The notes beneath the pieces are model-generated. The model worked only from the letters and a program-made list of their open reading frames with translations. It ran no database searches and was not told the DNA's origin. A stretch of DNA of 46,822 nucleotides from Candidatus Limnocylindria bacterium. GTDB taxonomy: Bacteria; Chloroflexota; Limnocylindria; QHBO01. Made by a program: the position numbers and the translations under genes. Every line of letters begins with the position of its first letter. The first letter of the stretch is position 1. This document shows positions 27,551 to 36,440 of this stretch, piece by piece. The stretch lies in the NCBI GenBank assembly GCA_046261895.1, contig JBHENV010000116.1, forward strand, positions 1 to 46,822, in the 5' to 3' direction.

Positions 27551-27936
27551 TCACGCGGGATGCAGCTCGAGCGTCGTTTCGAGAACCTCCTCGCGCACCA
27601 TGGCCGGCGTCGCCGGATCGCCGGCGTACTTGCGTTTGAGCTCGGCGCTGCACGCGGCCACGCGATCGGGGTCGGTGGCAGGCCCGAGCCGAACGGCGAT
27701 CGACGTGCCGGCCATCACGAGGTTCGCCCTGCCGGCGGCAACCGCTTCGCGGTACCAGCGTGCCCGGCCCCGCGGTAAGAGCGAATCAGGACCCGCTCAG
27801 AGGCGTCGACCACGACCCAGATGATCGTGCGTTGCACGTTTCCTTCCGCGTTGAAAGTCTCGATCCGCACCTCCAGCTCGTTCCGCAGGCGCGCGAGCGT
27901 TTCGGGAGCGAAGGCGGGTTCAGTCATGCGGCGCAC
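27551..27936 (-). pseudogene. DUF2255-like protein interrupted by an apparent 1-nt frameshift
   Basis: The first frame reads MRRMTEPAF...ELEVRIETFN.EGN.QRTIIWVVVDASERVLIRSYRG. It continues in another frame as GRARWYREAVAAGRANLVMAGTSIAVRL...KRKYAGDP...TTLELHPA*. The shift is at the minus-strand G-run (plus 27768-27771). Confidence 0.6.
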
Positions 27937-28162
27937 GCTTGAGGGGCCGGTGCCATCGCTCGTATGCCTGACTGCGTGAGCCGTCCACCAGCAGGCCGTC
28001 CGGCGCGACGGTCACCTCCGGACGAGGGACGTACAGATCGATCGGCATCAGGGCGGCCGTCCGCACCAGCAGGTAGTCGGCGAAGACCGCGTCCACCGTG
28101 CCGATGCGAACGTTCGCCGTGCCGACGACGCGTGCGCCGGGCTTGATCGGTTCCTCATCCAC
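27920..28162 (-). CDS. small hypothetical protein, PRC-barrel/DUF2171-like
   Basis: 80 aa: IKPGARVVGTANVRIGTVDAVFADYLLVR... resembles DUF2171-type small proteins. It overlaps the next ORF by 17 nt. The family call is tentative. Confidence 0.45.
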   Translation of the reverse strand: MDEEPIKPGARVVGTANVRIGTVDAVFADYLLVRTAALMPIDLYVPRPEVTVAPDGLLVDGSRSQAYERWHRPLKRAPHD

Positions 28163-28393
28163 GCCGCCAAGCGTAGCGGGATTGCGGCGATCGAGGCGTC
28201 AATGCCGTCGATGAATGGAGTCGGTGAGACGCCGCCAGCTGGTGCCGTACGGACGCGACGCAGCGCGCGTTCCGCCATGCGGTGGAGCGTGCCATCCAGT
28301 ACGCCCGCAGCCAGGGTGTGGCGCCGGTCGCCGCGCTCGGCAACTCGGATCATGGATCTGGCGCATCCGGTGGATGACACCGGCCAGCCGGTC

Positions 28394-28872
28394 AGCAACG
28401 GGTGCGAGGTCGTGCCGGCCGAGACGCAGGGCGTCGTCGGGACGATGGCGCTCGGCCGTCACTCCGAGAAGGCCGGCTAACGAACTCCGGCTCCGGCATG
28501 ACCGTTGTCGCCGCCCCGGGTGGCAACGGGACGACCGCCGACTGCACGACGACGATTCTCTCGACGCTCCCGGCCGGCGCCTACGGATGCATCAAGGGGA
28601 CGAGCATGGCCTCGCCGCACGCGGCGGGGGTCGCCGCTCTCATCGCCAGCCAGCACGGCAGGCTGGGCTCCGACGGTGACGTGAAGCTGTCACCCACCAA
28701 GGTGAAATCGCTCCTCCAGGGCACCGCCATCGACATCGGCCTTCCGGGCTACGACGATTGCTTCAGCAACGGTCGCAGCCGTCGGTCACTGGCTCGCGAG
28801 GTTATCGCCCGTTACCGCGCGCAGGGCGTCGATAACCCCGTGCCCCGAGTACGCGGAATGGCGACCACCTGA
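28394..28872 (+). pseudogene. 3' remnant of a subtilisin-like (S8) serine peptidase gene
   Basis: The catalytic-Ser region is TNSGSGMTVVAAPGG....ILSTLP.G.YGCIKGTSMASPHAAGVAALIASQHG...VKSLL.GTA.D.G.PGYDD.F.NGR. An upstream piece (VVGTMALGRHSEKAG) is in a different frame. No Asp/His catalytic regions are present, because the space upstream is occupied by minus-strand genes. Confidence 0.7.
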
Positions 28873-28973
28873 GCCGGTGGCGCCTCCCTACCGAGGGCGT
28901 ACCGGCACCTCGAGCGACCTGCCCCCGAAGGCGGAGCCCGCCCGATTCGCGTCGAGACGGCGCCCGCGCTACC

Positions 28974-29822
28974 GTGATCGGCATGGATGGGTGGCTCATC
29001 TCGATCGCTCGGGTCATCGGCGCGATGGCGGGCGCCTTCGCCGGGATCGTGGCCGTGCAGCTCATGCGCATGCGGCGCATGGACTTTCTGCCCGGCTGGC
29101 CCGGATTCTGGATCAACCATGTCGTTCACCCGCGGCACGGCGCCCCGCGCACGCCCCGGCTGCGGCTCGCGGTCCTTGGTGACTCGACCACGGTCGGGGT
29201 GGGGGTTGATCATCCCGAGCACGCGCTCCCCTACCTCATCGCCCAGCGCATCGCCGACGCGGAGTCGCGCGACGTCCATGTCGTGAGCTACGGCTGGGCC
29301 GGTGCACGGGTGGCCGACCTCGTCCGTTCGCAGCTCCCGAGGGCCCTCGAGCCGCTGCGCGCCTCCGAGACCGAGCCGTTCCTGCCGGGCGCCGACTACG
29401 TGGCAGTGGTGATCGGCGCAAATGACGCCACGCACAACACGCCGCGGGGACGTTTCCGCGCAGACCTCCGGACGACCCTCGCCGGCGTCCGTCACGCGGC
29501 ACCCACCGCCCGGGTCGTGCTGGCCGGAATTCCCGCATTCCGCGGGGCGCTGCCCGGGCTCGAGCCGCTGATCTTCCTCGCGGACCAGTACGCGCGGCTG
29601 CTGCGACCGATCAGCCGTGCCGAAGCAGCGCAGGTCGGTGTGGCCTACGCAGATCTGCAATCCAACGTCGGGCGCCTGGTCGAGGGACGCCAGGATGTGC
29701 TCTCCAGCGACAGGTTCCACCCATCGGTGGTGGGGTACGACGCGTGGGCCGAGGTCATCTTCGAGGCCCTCCAATCGAACGCCGCCAGCGCCGACGCATC
29801 GGTGACCGCGGCAGGCGCCTGA
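28974..29822 (+). CDS. SGNH/GDSL-family hydrolase with N-terminal membrane anchor
   Basis: Block I is LAVLGDSTTVGVG, block III is VVIGANDA, block V is SSDRFHPS. N-terminal hydrophobic segment: ISIARVIGAMAGAFAGIVAV. Confidence 0.8.
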   Translation: MIGMDGWLISIARVIGAMAGAFAGIVAVQLMRMRRMDFLPGWPGFWINHVVHPRHGAPRTPRLRLAVLGDSTTVGVGVDHPEHALPYLIAQRIADAESRDVHVVSYGWAGARVADLVRSQLPRALEPLRASETEPFLPGADYVAVVIGANDATHNTPRGRFRADLRTTLAGVRHAAPTARVVLAGIPAFRGALPGLEPLIFLADQYARLLRPISRAEAAQVGVAYADLQSNVGRLVEGRQDVLSSDRFHPSVVGYDAWAEVIFEALQSNAASADASVTAAGA

Positions 29823-29904
29823 GGCAGCGCCCTTCACCACTTGCCGGCACGGCCACTTTGGTGCGATATTCCGCACCGGAGCGTTTCCGAGCTATCAGAC
29901 CCTT

Positions 29905-31140
29905 GTGCCCACGGGGGGGAGCGTGCGTCCGGTCCTGGTCATCGTCAGTGCCCTGGCCATTCTTGTTGCCAGTCTTGGCGTCGCCGCGCCCGCGGCCGCC
30001 GCGACGCCGGTTCGGGTGGCGATCATCGTCGGTCCCGTCGGCGAGGAGTTGACGCCCGTCTACCTCGGCCTGGCCGAGGCGGCAGCCATGGCGGCCGAGA
30101 CCCGTGGCGCCATGGTGGCGCGCGCATATTCCCCGAACGCCGGTGCCGAGCAGGTCCTGGCCGCCGTGGATGGTGCCAACATCGTGGTCTATCTCGGACA
30201 CGGTATCGGCACCCCGAACCCGTACTCCGCCACCCCGAACGCCGCCACCACGAACGGCTGGGGGCTGAACGGGCCGAATGCGGTCGGCACCCACGCCGAC
30301 TCGTGGGCCGACGGCACGCTGGCCTACTACGGCGAGGCCTGGATCACGGCACACGCCAGGCCGGCTCCCGGCTGGGTCATGATCTACTCCAACGCGTGCT
30401 ACGCCCCCGGTGCCTCCGAGGGCTTCGACACGCCGGCGGATGAGGCGACCGCCGCCAACCGGGTGGCCGCCTACTCGCGCGGACCCCTGGCCGAACTTGC
30501 CGCGAGCGCCTACTTCGCGACCGACTTCTACGAGGGGGCTGCTCACCTGGTCGGCACGCTCCTCGACCGCCCGGAGCTGCCGTATGGCGAGGTGTTCGCA
30601 TCCGAGCCTCGCTTCGTGGCCGATGGGCTCACCCGCGTCCCGCACGGCTTGGTCGCTGGCTCGGAGACGTGGCTGCACCGCTCGGCGTACTTCGAGGGCA
30701 AGGTGGATTACTGGTACGCGTTCGCGGGCAATCCCGGCGCCAGCCTGCTGCGCGGCGCCGGCAATTCGAGCGCCCCCGGAGCAGCTCCCCGCTCGCCGGC
30801 GGCTCCCCCGCTGGTCGCCATCGACGGCACGGCGACCGGCATCGCATCCAGCTACGGCGAGAGCATCGGCTGGGAGGGGCAGCCCACCGTCGCCCTACCG
30901 ACCGAACTCGGCGGCGCCATCCCGGACGGCGAACCGACCTCGGTGCTGGTGTGCGCCGATCGCTGCGCGAGCCTGCCGGTGGTGGACTCGTGCCCGTGCT
31001 ACGTCGGCAGTGCAGACCAGCGGGTGGCAAACCTGTCACATGCGGCGTGGCGTCTGATCAGCGACCTTCCCCTCGCGCAGGGCCTGGTTCCGGTCGTGGT
31101 CCACTTGGCGCCGGTCTCGGCAGGCCCCGGGGACATCTAG
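29905..31140 (+). CDS. secreted two-domain protein: clan-CD-like His-Gly / Ala-Cys N-domain plus C-terminal RlpA-like double-psi beta-barrel
   Basis: The signal peptide is VRPVLVIVSALAILVASLGVAAPAAAA. NIVVYLGHG and WVMIYSNACY are hydrophobic strands followed by HG and AC. The C-terminus reads GIASSYGES...VLVCADRCASLPVVDSCPCY...RVANLSHAAWRLI. The domain calls are inference. Confidence 0.6.
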   Translation: MPTGGSVRPVLVIVSALAILVASLGVAAPAAAATPVRVAIIVGPVGEELTPVYLGLAEAAAMAAETRGAMVARAYSPNAGAEQVLAAVDGANIVVYLGHGIGTPNPYSATPNAATTNGWGLNGPNAVGTHADSWADGTLAYYGEAWITAHARPAPGWVMIYSNACYAPGASEGFDTPADEATAANRVAAYSRGPLAELAASAYFATDFYEGAAHLVGTLLDRPELPYGEVFASEPRFVADGLTRVPHGLVAGSETWLHRSAYFEGKVDYWYAFAGNPGASLLRGAGNSSAPGAAPRSPAAPPLVAIDGTATGIASSYGESIGWEGQPTVALPTELGGAIPDGEPTSVLVCADRCASLPVVDSCPCYVGSADQRVANLSHAAWRLISDLPLAQGLVPVVVHLAPVSAGPGDI

Positions 31141-31283
31141 TGTCGCGCGCCGCAATGGTCTCGACGCTTCCGCGTCGGCGTATATACGCATTTACGCCGA
31201 CATCCTGTGAAGCGATCTAACCGAGTGCAGCGATTCGAGCGCAATCGGGGAACACACAGCAGTATTGCGGCGCGCGACACTAG
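31137..31283. repeat. 147-bp element bounded by perfect 20-bp inverted repeats (MITE-like or long stem-loop) between convergent stop codons
   Basis: CTAGTGTCGCGCGCCGCAAT (31137-31156) is the exact reverse complement of ATTGCGGCGCGCGACACTAG (31264-31283). The interior has visibly lower GC. It holds two hairpins: cgacgc-ttcc-gcgtcg (31162-31177) and gtcggcgta-N10-tacgccgac (31174-31201). The outer CTAG tetranucleotides contain the two gene stops. Confidence 0.9.
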
Positions 31284-33241
31284 CCGGGAACGGGCACCAC
31301 CGGACCTTCGGCTTCGATCCGCGCCCGCGACTGGAATCGGTACGAGAGCGACCCGATCTCCCGACGGAGGAGCTCGCTCCAGGCATGCCGTTCCACGCCG
31401 GCGACCGCGTACCGACCGACGAAGACGGCGTGCGCCAGCACCCCCTTGGCCGGGTACTGGCCCGGCTCGAACTCGAAGGCATAGTGGTGCTCTCCGCTAG
31501 CCGCGCGGCTGGACGACCGGATGCGGGCCCAGAGCGAGGTTGTTCGATCGGCAAGCTCGAAGCTGAGCAGGTGCGTCTCCCGCTCCACGAGCGGCTCGCG
31601 GGTCGCGATCAGGGCCCCACCGACCGACACGTCCTGCACGGAGGCGACCGAGCCGTCGACCGCGCCGGGGATGTCGACGGCGAACCGGACGGCGTTGCGG
31701 CGCTCGGCCGCGAACCGGATCGACCGGATGCGGCGCATCGCGACCCAGACCAGGCCGGCGTTGACGCCCAGCCAGGAGAAGGCTCCGGCGGCCGCCCATT
31801 CCGCTGCGTACCCGATGGTGATGATGCCCAACAGATGGCCGAGATACACCGCGGCGCCGATGAACGATGCGCCGAGCGTCGCGCGCAGAAGCACCGGCGC
31901 CTGGATCCGCCCTCGGTTGGTTGCGATGCGGCCCTTCGGGGTGACACGGAAGGCGGGGGCGCGAGAGGTGAAGAGCGTGATGGTGGCGAGCAAATTGGAT
32001 GACATCCTGACGACGTCGAACACGATCGACATGAGCGGCCGATACGCCCCGCGGCCGAGCAGGTAGAGCGCCGCCTGCTGCAGGCCGTACGTCACCCCGA
32101 AGGCGACCGCGAAGATCATGCCGTCGGCGAGAATCGGGATCTGGCCGGTGACGAGCACGAGCGGCGGCAGGACGAGGAAACCGAGCGTCCGCCATGAGTC
32201 GAACCATCCGAGCAGCGTGGCTGCATAGCCGAGCCTCTGGCCGATCGTCAGCCCCGGCACGGTCAGTGGATTCTCGACGCGCAGCACCTGCATCGCTCCG
32301 GTCCCCCACCGGTTGCGCTGGAGCTGGTACTGGGCAGCGTCATCGGCCGCCAGGCCGCGTGCCAGGACCTCGTTGTGGTAGACGGTCCGCCAACCGGCAC
32401 GGTGGAGCCGGATGGTTGTATGGATGTCCTCGGTGATCGTCTCGGTCGCGGCGCCGCCGACCGCGCGCAGCGCCGTGGCGCGCACGAGCGCGTTGGTGCC
32501 GCACCAGAAGGCGGCGTTCCATCGGTTCTTGCCGGGCTGAAGCAGCCGATAAAAGAGCGTCTGCTCATGGAATGGCTCGCCGTAGGCGATGCCGCTGCCG
32601 TGCTCGAAGCTGGTGACGTTGTAGAAGTCCTGCGGCGTCTGGACGAGGGCCACCCTGGGATCGGCAAAGTAGCCGAGCGTGGCGCGCAGAAACTCGGGCG
32701 CGGCGACGTGATCGGCATCGAGGACGGCGAGGATTTCGGCCTCGACGATCCCGAGCGCATGGTTCACGTTGCCCGCCTTGGCATGCTCGTGCGACGTCCG
32801 AGCCAGGTAGAGCGCGCCCAGCGATGCCGCCAGCTCCGCCACCTCCGGCCGCTCGCCGTCATCGAGCACCCATGTCTCGTGTGCTGGCTGCAGGGCCACG
32901 GCAGCGGCAATGGTCGGCACCAGGATCTCCGGGCCCTCGTTGTAGGTCGGGATCAGGACCGCCACGGTCGGTACGTGGTCGAGCGCGCGCCTGCGCGGTC
33001 GAACGTCGACGTCCCACAGGCTGAAGGTGAAGAGGCCCAGCCCGATCGCGGCGTGCACCTCGAGGACCAGCATCGGGACGGAGAGGTACCAGGCCGCGAC
33101 GTTCATGGTTTCGGTGGCTCGCCACGCCAGGTACGTCGCCGTGGCGGCGAGCGCGAGGACGGCCACGACGCGAATGACGACGAGGCGGACGGGCGAGTCG
33201 GGCGGCGGCAGGTGGCCCCGCCGGCGCGAAAGGGTGGTCAT
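31280..33241 (-). CDS. BcsA-like family-2 processive glycosyltransferase with C-terminal PilZ domain
   Basis: Motifs VAVLIPTYNE, VLDDG, AKAGN.N, VLDADH, QTPQ.F, TEDIHTTIRLH..GW and QLQRNRWGTG (QxxRW), flanked by TM helices. C-terminal PilZ motifs are RRNAVR and DVSVGG. Confidence 0.9.
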   Translation of the reverse strand: MTTLSRRRGHLPPPDSPVRLVVIRVVAVLALAATATYLAWRATETMNVAAWYLSVPMLVLEVHAAIGLGLFTFSLWDVDVRPRRRALDHVPTVAVLIPTYNEGPEILVPTIAAAVALQPAHETWVLDDGERPEVAELAASLGALYLARTSHEHAKAGNVNHALGIVEAEILAVLDADHVAAPEFLRATLGYFADPRVALVQTPQDFYNVTSFEHGSGIAYGEPFHEQTLFYRLLQPGKNRWNAAFWCGTNALVRATALRAVGGAATETITEDIHTTIRLHRAGWRTVYHNEVLARGLAADDAAQYQLQRNRWGTGAMQVLRVENPLTVPGLTIGQRLGYAATLLGWFDSWRTLGFLVLPPLVLVTGQIPILADGMIFAVAFGVTYGLQQAALYLLGRGAYRPLMSIVFDVVRMSSNLLATITLFTSRAPAFRVTPKGRIATNRGRIQAPVLLRATLGASFIGAAVYLGHLLGIITIGYAAEWAAAGAFSWLGVNAGLVWVAMRRIRSIRFAAERRNAVRFAVDIPGAVDGSVASVQDVSVGGALIATREPLVERETHLLSFELADRTTSLWARIRSSSRAASGEHHYAFEFEPGQYPAKGVLAHAVFVGRYAVAGVERHAWSELLRREIGSLSYRFQSRARIEAEGPVVPVPG

Positions 33242-33307
33242 CCCCCACAGAACATCATCCCCGGGACCATCGGGCCATGCACCGATCGTCCCGTGCGCGG
33301 GCGTACC

Positions 33308-34864
33308 CTAGGTGACGGTCACCCGAATCGTGTGGTGTCCCCGCGCACCATCGGGCGGGGGTGGCGTCTTCTGATCGGTCTGGATGTCACCGTTGCCGTC
33401 GACGGCACGGACCCGGACGAGGTGCTCGCCCGGTGTGGCGTCCCATCGGCGCACGAATTGGACCCAGGTAGCGTCCGATATGGCGGCGCTGAGCTCGGCG
33501 GGCTCCCAGCCGCTCTCGTCGATCTGCACCTCCACGCCCTCGATCCCGCGATCCGGCGCCCACGCAACGCCGGCGACGGCGACCGTGCCTGCCTCCACGC
33601 GAGCGCCGTCACGCGGCACGTCGATGCGCGACTGGGTGAGGATCGGCGCCTCCTTGTCCCAGCCGAGCGGGACCCAGTAGCCATCGAAGGCATCGAGCGT
33701 CGTCAGCTCGATCTCCGCGAGCCACTTGGTGGCGCTCACGTAGCCGTACAGCCCCGGTACGATGAGCCGCGCCGGGAACCCGTGGTTCGGTGGCAGCGGC
33801 TCACCGTTCATCGCCACCGCCACCAGCGCCTCTCGCTCATCGGCGAGCGCCCATGCCGTGGGGAAGCCGGCCGTGAATCCGTCGACCGAGCGACCGACGA
33901 TCTGCGTCGCGGCGGGGTCGGCACCGGCGCGCTCCAGCAGCTCCTTGAGGCGCACGCCGCTCCACAGAGCGTTGCCGACGAGATCGCCGCCGACCTCGTT
34001 GCTGACGCAGGCGATCGTCACGTACTGCTCGTGCAGCGGCATCGCGACCAGCTCGTCATAGGTCAGCTCGAAGGGCCGCTCGACCATGCCAGTCAGCCCC
34101 AGCCTCCAGGTCGCGAGATCCGGACGCGGGACCAGCAGGGCGGTGTCGATCCGGTAGAAATCCCGGTTCGGCGTGACGATGGGGCTCAGCTGCGGCACGT
34201 CCAGCGACGCCGCGGCCGACGGCGGTGGAGCCGTCGCGGTCGGAGGCGGGATCGAGCCCATCTGCGCCGATGCGTTCAGTCGCCCGCGATCGAGCAGCAC
34301 GCGGCCGGCCACGCCGCTGACGGCCGCCACGCCCACGACGGCGATCGACGTTCCCAGGAACCGGCGCCGTTCCCAGTTCGGCATCTCCGCCAGCGGAGCG
34401 AGGTCTCGACGGGCGGCTAGCCGCAGCAGCAGCCCGAGAACGCCGACCGCGATGCCGACGGCGGCCGCCACGACCATCAGGGTCGTAATCGGCTCGGCGA
34501 GCGGGTCACGCAGGCCCGCGGCGAGGAGGAGGATCGCCCCGCCCCCGATGGCAATGCGGGCGGCACCCGGTTGGTGACGCGCGAGAAGGCCCAGCCCCGC
34601 CGCCATGACCATGGCCACGGCGACGATGAGCACGTTCAGGAGGAGCTTGTCGGCCTCGCCGAACAGGTCGACCACGAACTGTTTCGCGCCGGGCGGCTGA
34701 AGGGAGATCACGAGGTCGCCGACCGCGATGATCGGGCTCGCCGCCCCCGGCAGCAGGCCGGCCAGCAGCTCCGCGCCGCCGATCGCCGCGGCGCCCGCGG
34801 CCACACCTGCCACGGAGGCAGCGGGGCGCGACGGAGGGGACTCGGAGGTAGGTGGCATCGTCAT
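33308..34864 (-). CDS. membrane-anchored molybdopterin-dependent oxidoreductase (sulfite-oxidase family)
   Basis: N-terminal hydrophobic helices, then an internal twin-arginine-like ERRRFLGTSIAVVG. Moco domain: TPNRDFYRID, VTIACVSNEVGG, NGEPLPPNHGFPARLIVPGLYGYVSATKWL. The dimerisation/Ig-like domain contains GIEGVEVQIDESGW. Confidence 0.9.
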   Translation of the reverse strand: MTMPPTSESPPSRPAASVAGVAAGAAAIGGAELLAGLLPGAASPIIAVGDLVISLQPPGAKQFVVDLFGEADKLLLNVLIVAVAMVMAAGLGLLARHQPGAARIAIGGGAILLLAAGLRDPLAEPITTLMVVAAAVGIAVGVLGLLLRLAARRDLAPLAEMPNWERRRFLGTSIAVVGVAAVSGVAGRVLLDRGRLNASAQMGSIPPPTATAPPPSAAASLDVPQLSPIVTPNRDFYRIDTALLVPRPDLATWRLGLTGMVERPFELTYDELVAMPLHEQYVTIACVSNEVGGDLVGNALWSGVRLKELLERAGADPAATQIVGRSVDGFTAGFPTAWALADEREALVAVAMNGEPLPPNHGFPARLIVPGLYGYVSATKWLAEIELTTLDAFDGYWVPLGWDKEAPILTQSRIDVPRDGARVEAGTVAVAGVAWAPDRGIEGVEVQIDESGWEPAELSAAISDATWVQFVRRWDATPGEHLVRVRAVDGNGDIQTDQKTPPPPDGARGHHTIRVTVT

Positions 34865-34949
34865 CGGTTCTCATAGAGTACGCGTCGGCGTAACGATCGA
34901 ATGCATGCCGCCCCGCCCATCGGGCACCGGGCCCCGTGCCCGGGTCCCC

Positions 34950-34955
34950 TATCAT
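34950..34955 (+). promoter_or_regulatory. -10-like TATCAT 7 nt upstream of the ltaE ATG (possible leaderless transcript)
   Basis: TATCAT at 34950-34955, ATG at 34963, and no Shine-Dalgarno in between. The -35 is not convincing. Confidence 0.3.
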
Positions 34956-34962
34956 CCGGGCC

Positions 34963-36009
34963 ATGCCCGACCGCATCGATCTCCGCTCGGACACGGTCAC
35001 CCTTCCGACCGCCGCCATGCGTCGCGCCATGGCCGAGGCCGAGGTCGGCGACGACCAGTACGGCGAAGATCCGTCGGTCAATCGGCTTCAGGAGGAGGTC
35101 GCGGCGCTCCTCGGAACCGAGGCGGCGCTCTTCCTGCCGAGCGGCACCATGGCCAACCAGGTCGCGCTGCGCACGCTGACCCGTCCCGGCGACGACGTCC
35201 TCGTCCCCCGTGAGTCCCATCTCGTCCTCCACGAGACCGGCGCCGGCGGGGCCAACGCCGGGGTCCAGTTCAGTCCGATCGGCGTGGGCGGCCTCTTTGA
35301 CGCCCAGGCGGTTCACACCGCCATCAAGCCGATCGGTCACGTCGTCTATCCGCCGACCACGCTGCTGGTTGCCGAGAACACGCACAATCGAGCAGGGGGC
35401 ATCATCTTCCCGGCCGATGCGCTGCGCGGCGCCCTCGCCGCGGCGCGAGAGCACGGTCTGGCGACCTACCTCGATGGCGCGCGCATCCTCAACGCGTCGG
35501 TCGCCGGCCGGCGACCAGCCTCGGAGCTGGCAGCCGGCTTCGATCTGGTCGGGATGTCGCTCAGCAAGGGGCTCGGCGCGCCGGCCGGCTCGATGCTGGC
35601 GGGATCACGGGAGCTGGTGTCTCATGCCCACCGCTATCGACGCATGGCGGGCGGTGCGATGCGCCAGGCCGGCATCCTGGCGGCTGCCGGAAGCCACGCG
35701 CTGGCGCATCACGTCGGTCGGCTCGCCGACGACCACGCCAACGCCCGACTGCTCGCCGAGGAGCTGCTTCGTGGCGACGACGTGGCGCTCGACCTCGAGA
35801 GCGTGCAGACCAACATCGTCGTCTTCGACCTCGTCGAGCGACGCGGCGTCCCAGACGCCGCGACATTCGTGGAGCGCTGTCGCGAGCGAGGCGTGCTGCT
35901 CAACCCCTTCGGCCCGCGGACGGTGCGAGCGGTCACGCACCTGGATGTGAGCGGCGATGGATGTCGAGCGGCCGCCAGGGTGATGCGGACCGTCGCGGAC
36001 GGGCGGTAG
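34963..36009 (+). CDS. ltaE: low-specificity L-threonine aldolase (PLP-dependent, beta-eliminating lyase fold)
   Basis: Motifs [30 protein letters not shown]....[19 protein letters not shown], and the PLP lysine context SLSKGLGAP. Confidence 0.88.
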   Translation: MPDRIDLRSDTVTLPTAAMRRAMAEAEVGDDQYGEDPSVNRLQEEVAALLGTEAALFLPSGTMANQVALRTLTRPGDDVLVPRESHLVLHETGAGGANAGVQFSPIGVGGLFDAQAVHTAIKPIGHVVYPPTTLLVAENTHNRAGGIIFPADALRGALAAAREHGLATYLDGARILNASVAGRRPASELAAGFDLVGMSLSKGLGAPAGSMLAGSRELVSHAHRYRRMAGGAMRQAGILAAAGSHALAHHVGRLADDHANARLLAEELLRGDDVALDLESVQTNIVVFDLVERRGVPDAATFVERCRERGVLLNPFGPRTVRAVTHLDVSGDGCRAAARVMRTVADGR

Positions 36010-36014
36010 AGGGC

Positions 36015-36440
36015 CTACACCTGCTCCATCGGCTCGACGTCCTTCGGGTCGAGCGTGAGCGACGCGGAGTTGATGCAGTAGCGCAGCCCGGTGGGCTGGT
36101 CATGCGCATCGTCGAAGATGTGGCCAAGGTGCCCGCCACAGCGGGCGCAGTGCACCTCGGTCCGCTTCATGAAGAAGGCCCCGTCGGTCTCGGTCGCGAC
36201 CGCGTCGGCCCCCTTCGGCGCATAGAAAGACGGCCAGCCGGTGCCGGACTCGAACTTCGTGTTGGCGTCGAAGAGCTCCGCGCCGCAGCCGGCGCATCGA
36301 TAGACACCGTCGCCGTGCTCGTCCCACAGGGCGCCGGTGAACGGGGCCTCGGTCCCCTTCTGTCGCAGGACCCGGTACTGCTCGGGGGTGAGGGTGGCGC
36401 GCCATTCCGCGTCGGATCGGTTGGCTATCTCATTCGTCAT
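36015..36440 (-). CDS. msrB: peptide-methionine (R)-S-oxide reductase MsrB
   Basis: Motifs [31 protein letters not shown]...[23 protein letters not shown].....GLRYCINS. Confidence 0.97.
   Translation of the reverse strand: MTNEIANRSDAEWRATLTPEQYRVLRQKGTEAPFTGALWDEHGDGVYRCAGCGAELFDANTKFESGTGWPSFYAPKGADAVATETDGAFFMKRTEVHCARCGGHLGHIFDDAHDQPTGLRYCINSASLTLDPKDVEPMEQV

Noticed and set aside
28199-28462. Minus-strand reading MTAERHRPDDALRLGRHDLAPVADRLAGVIHRMRQI..., which looks superficially protein-like.
   Set aside because: It is antisense to the subtilase remnant, breaks frame after about 40 codons, becomes Arg/Pro-rich, and has no recognisable family motif.
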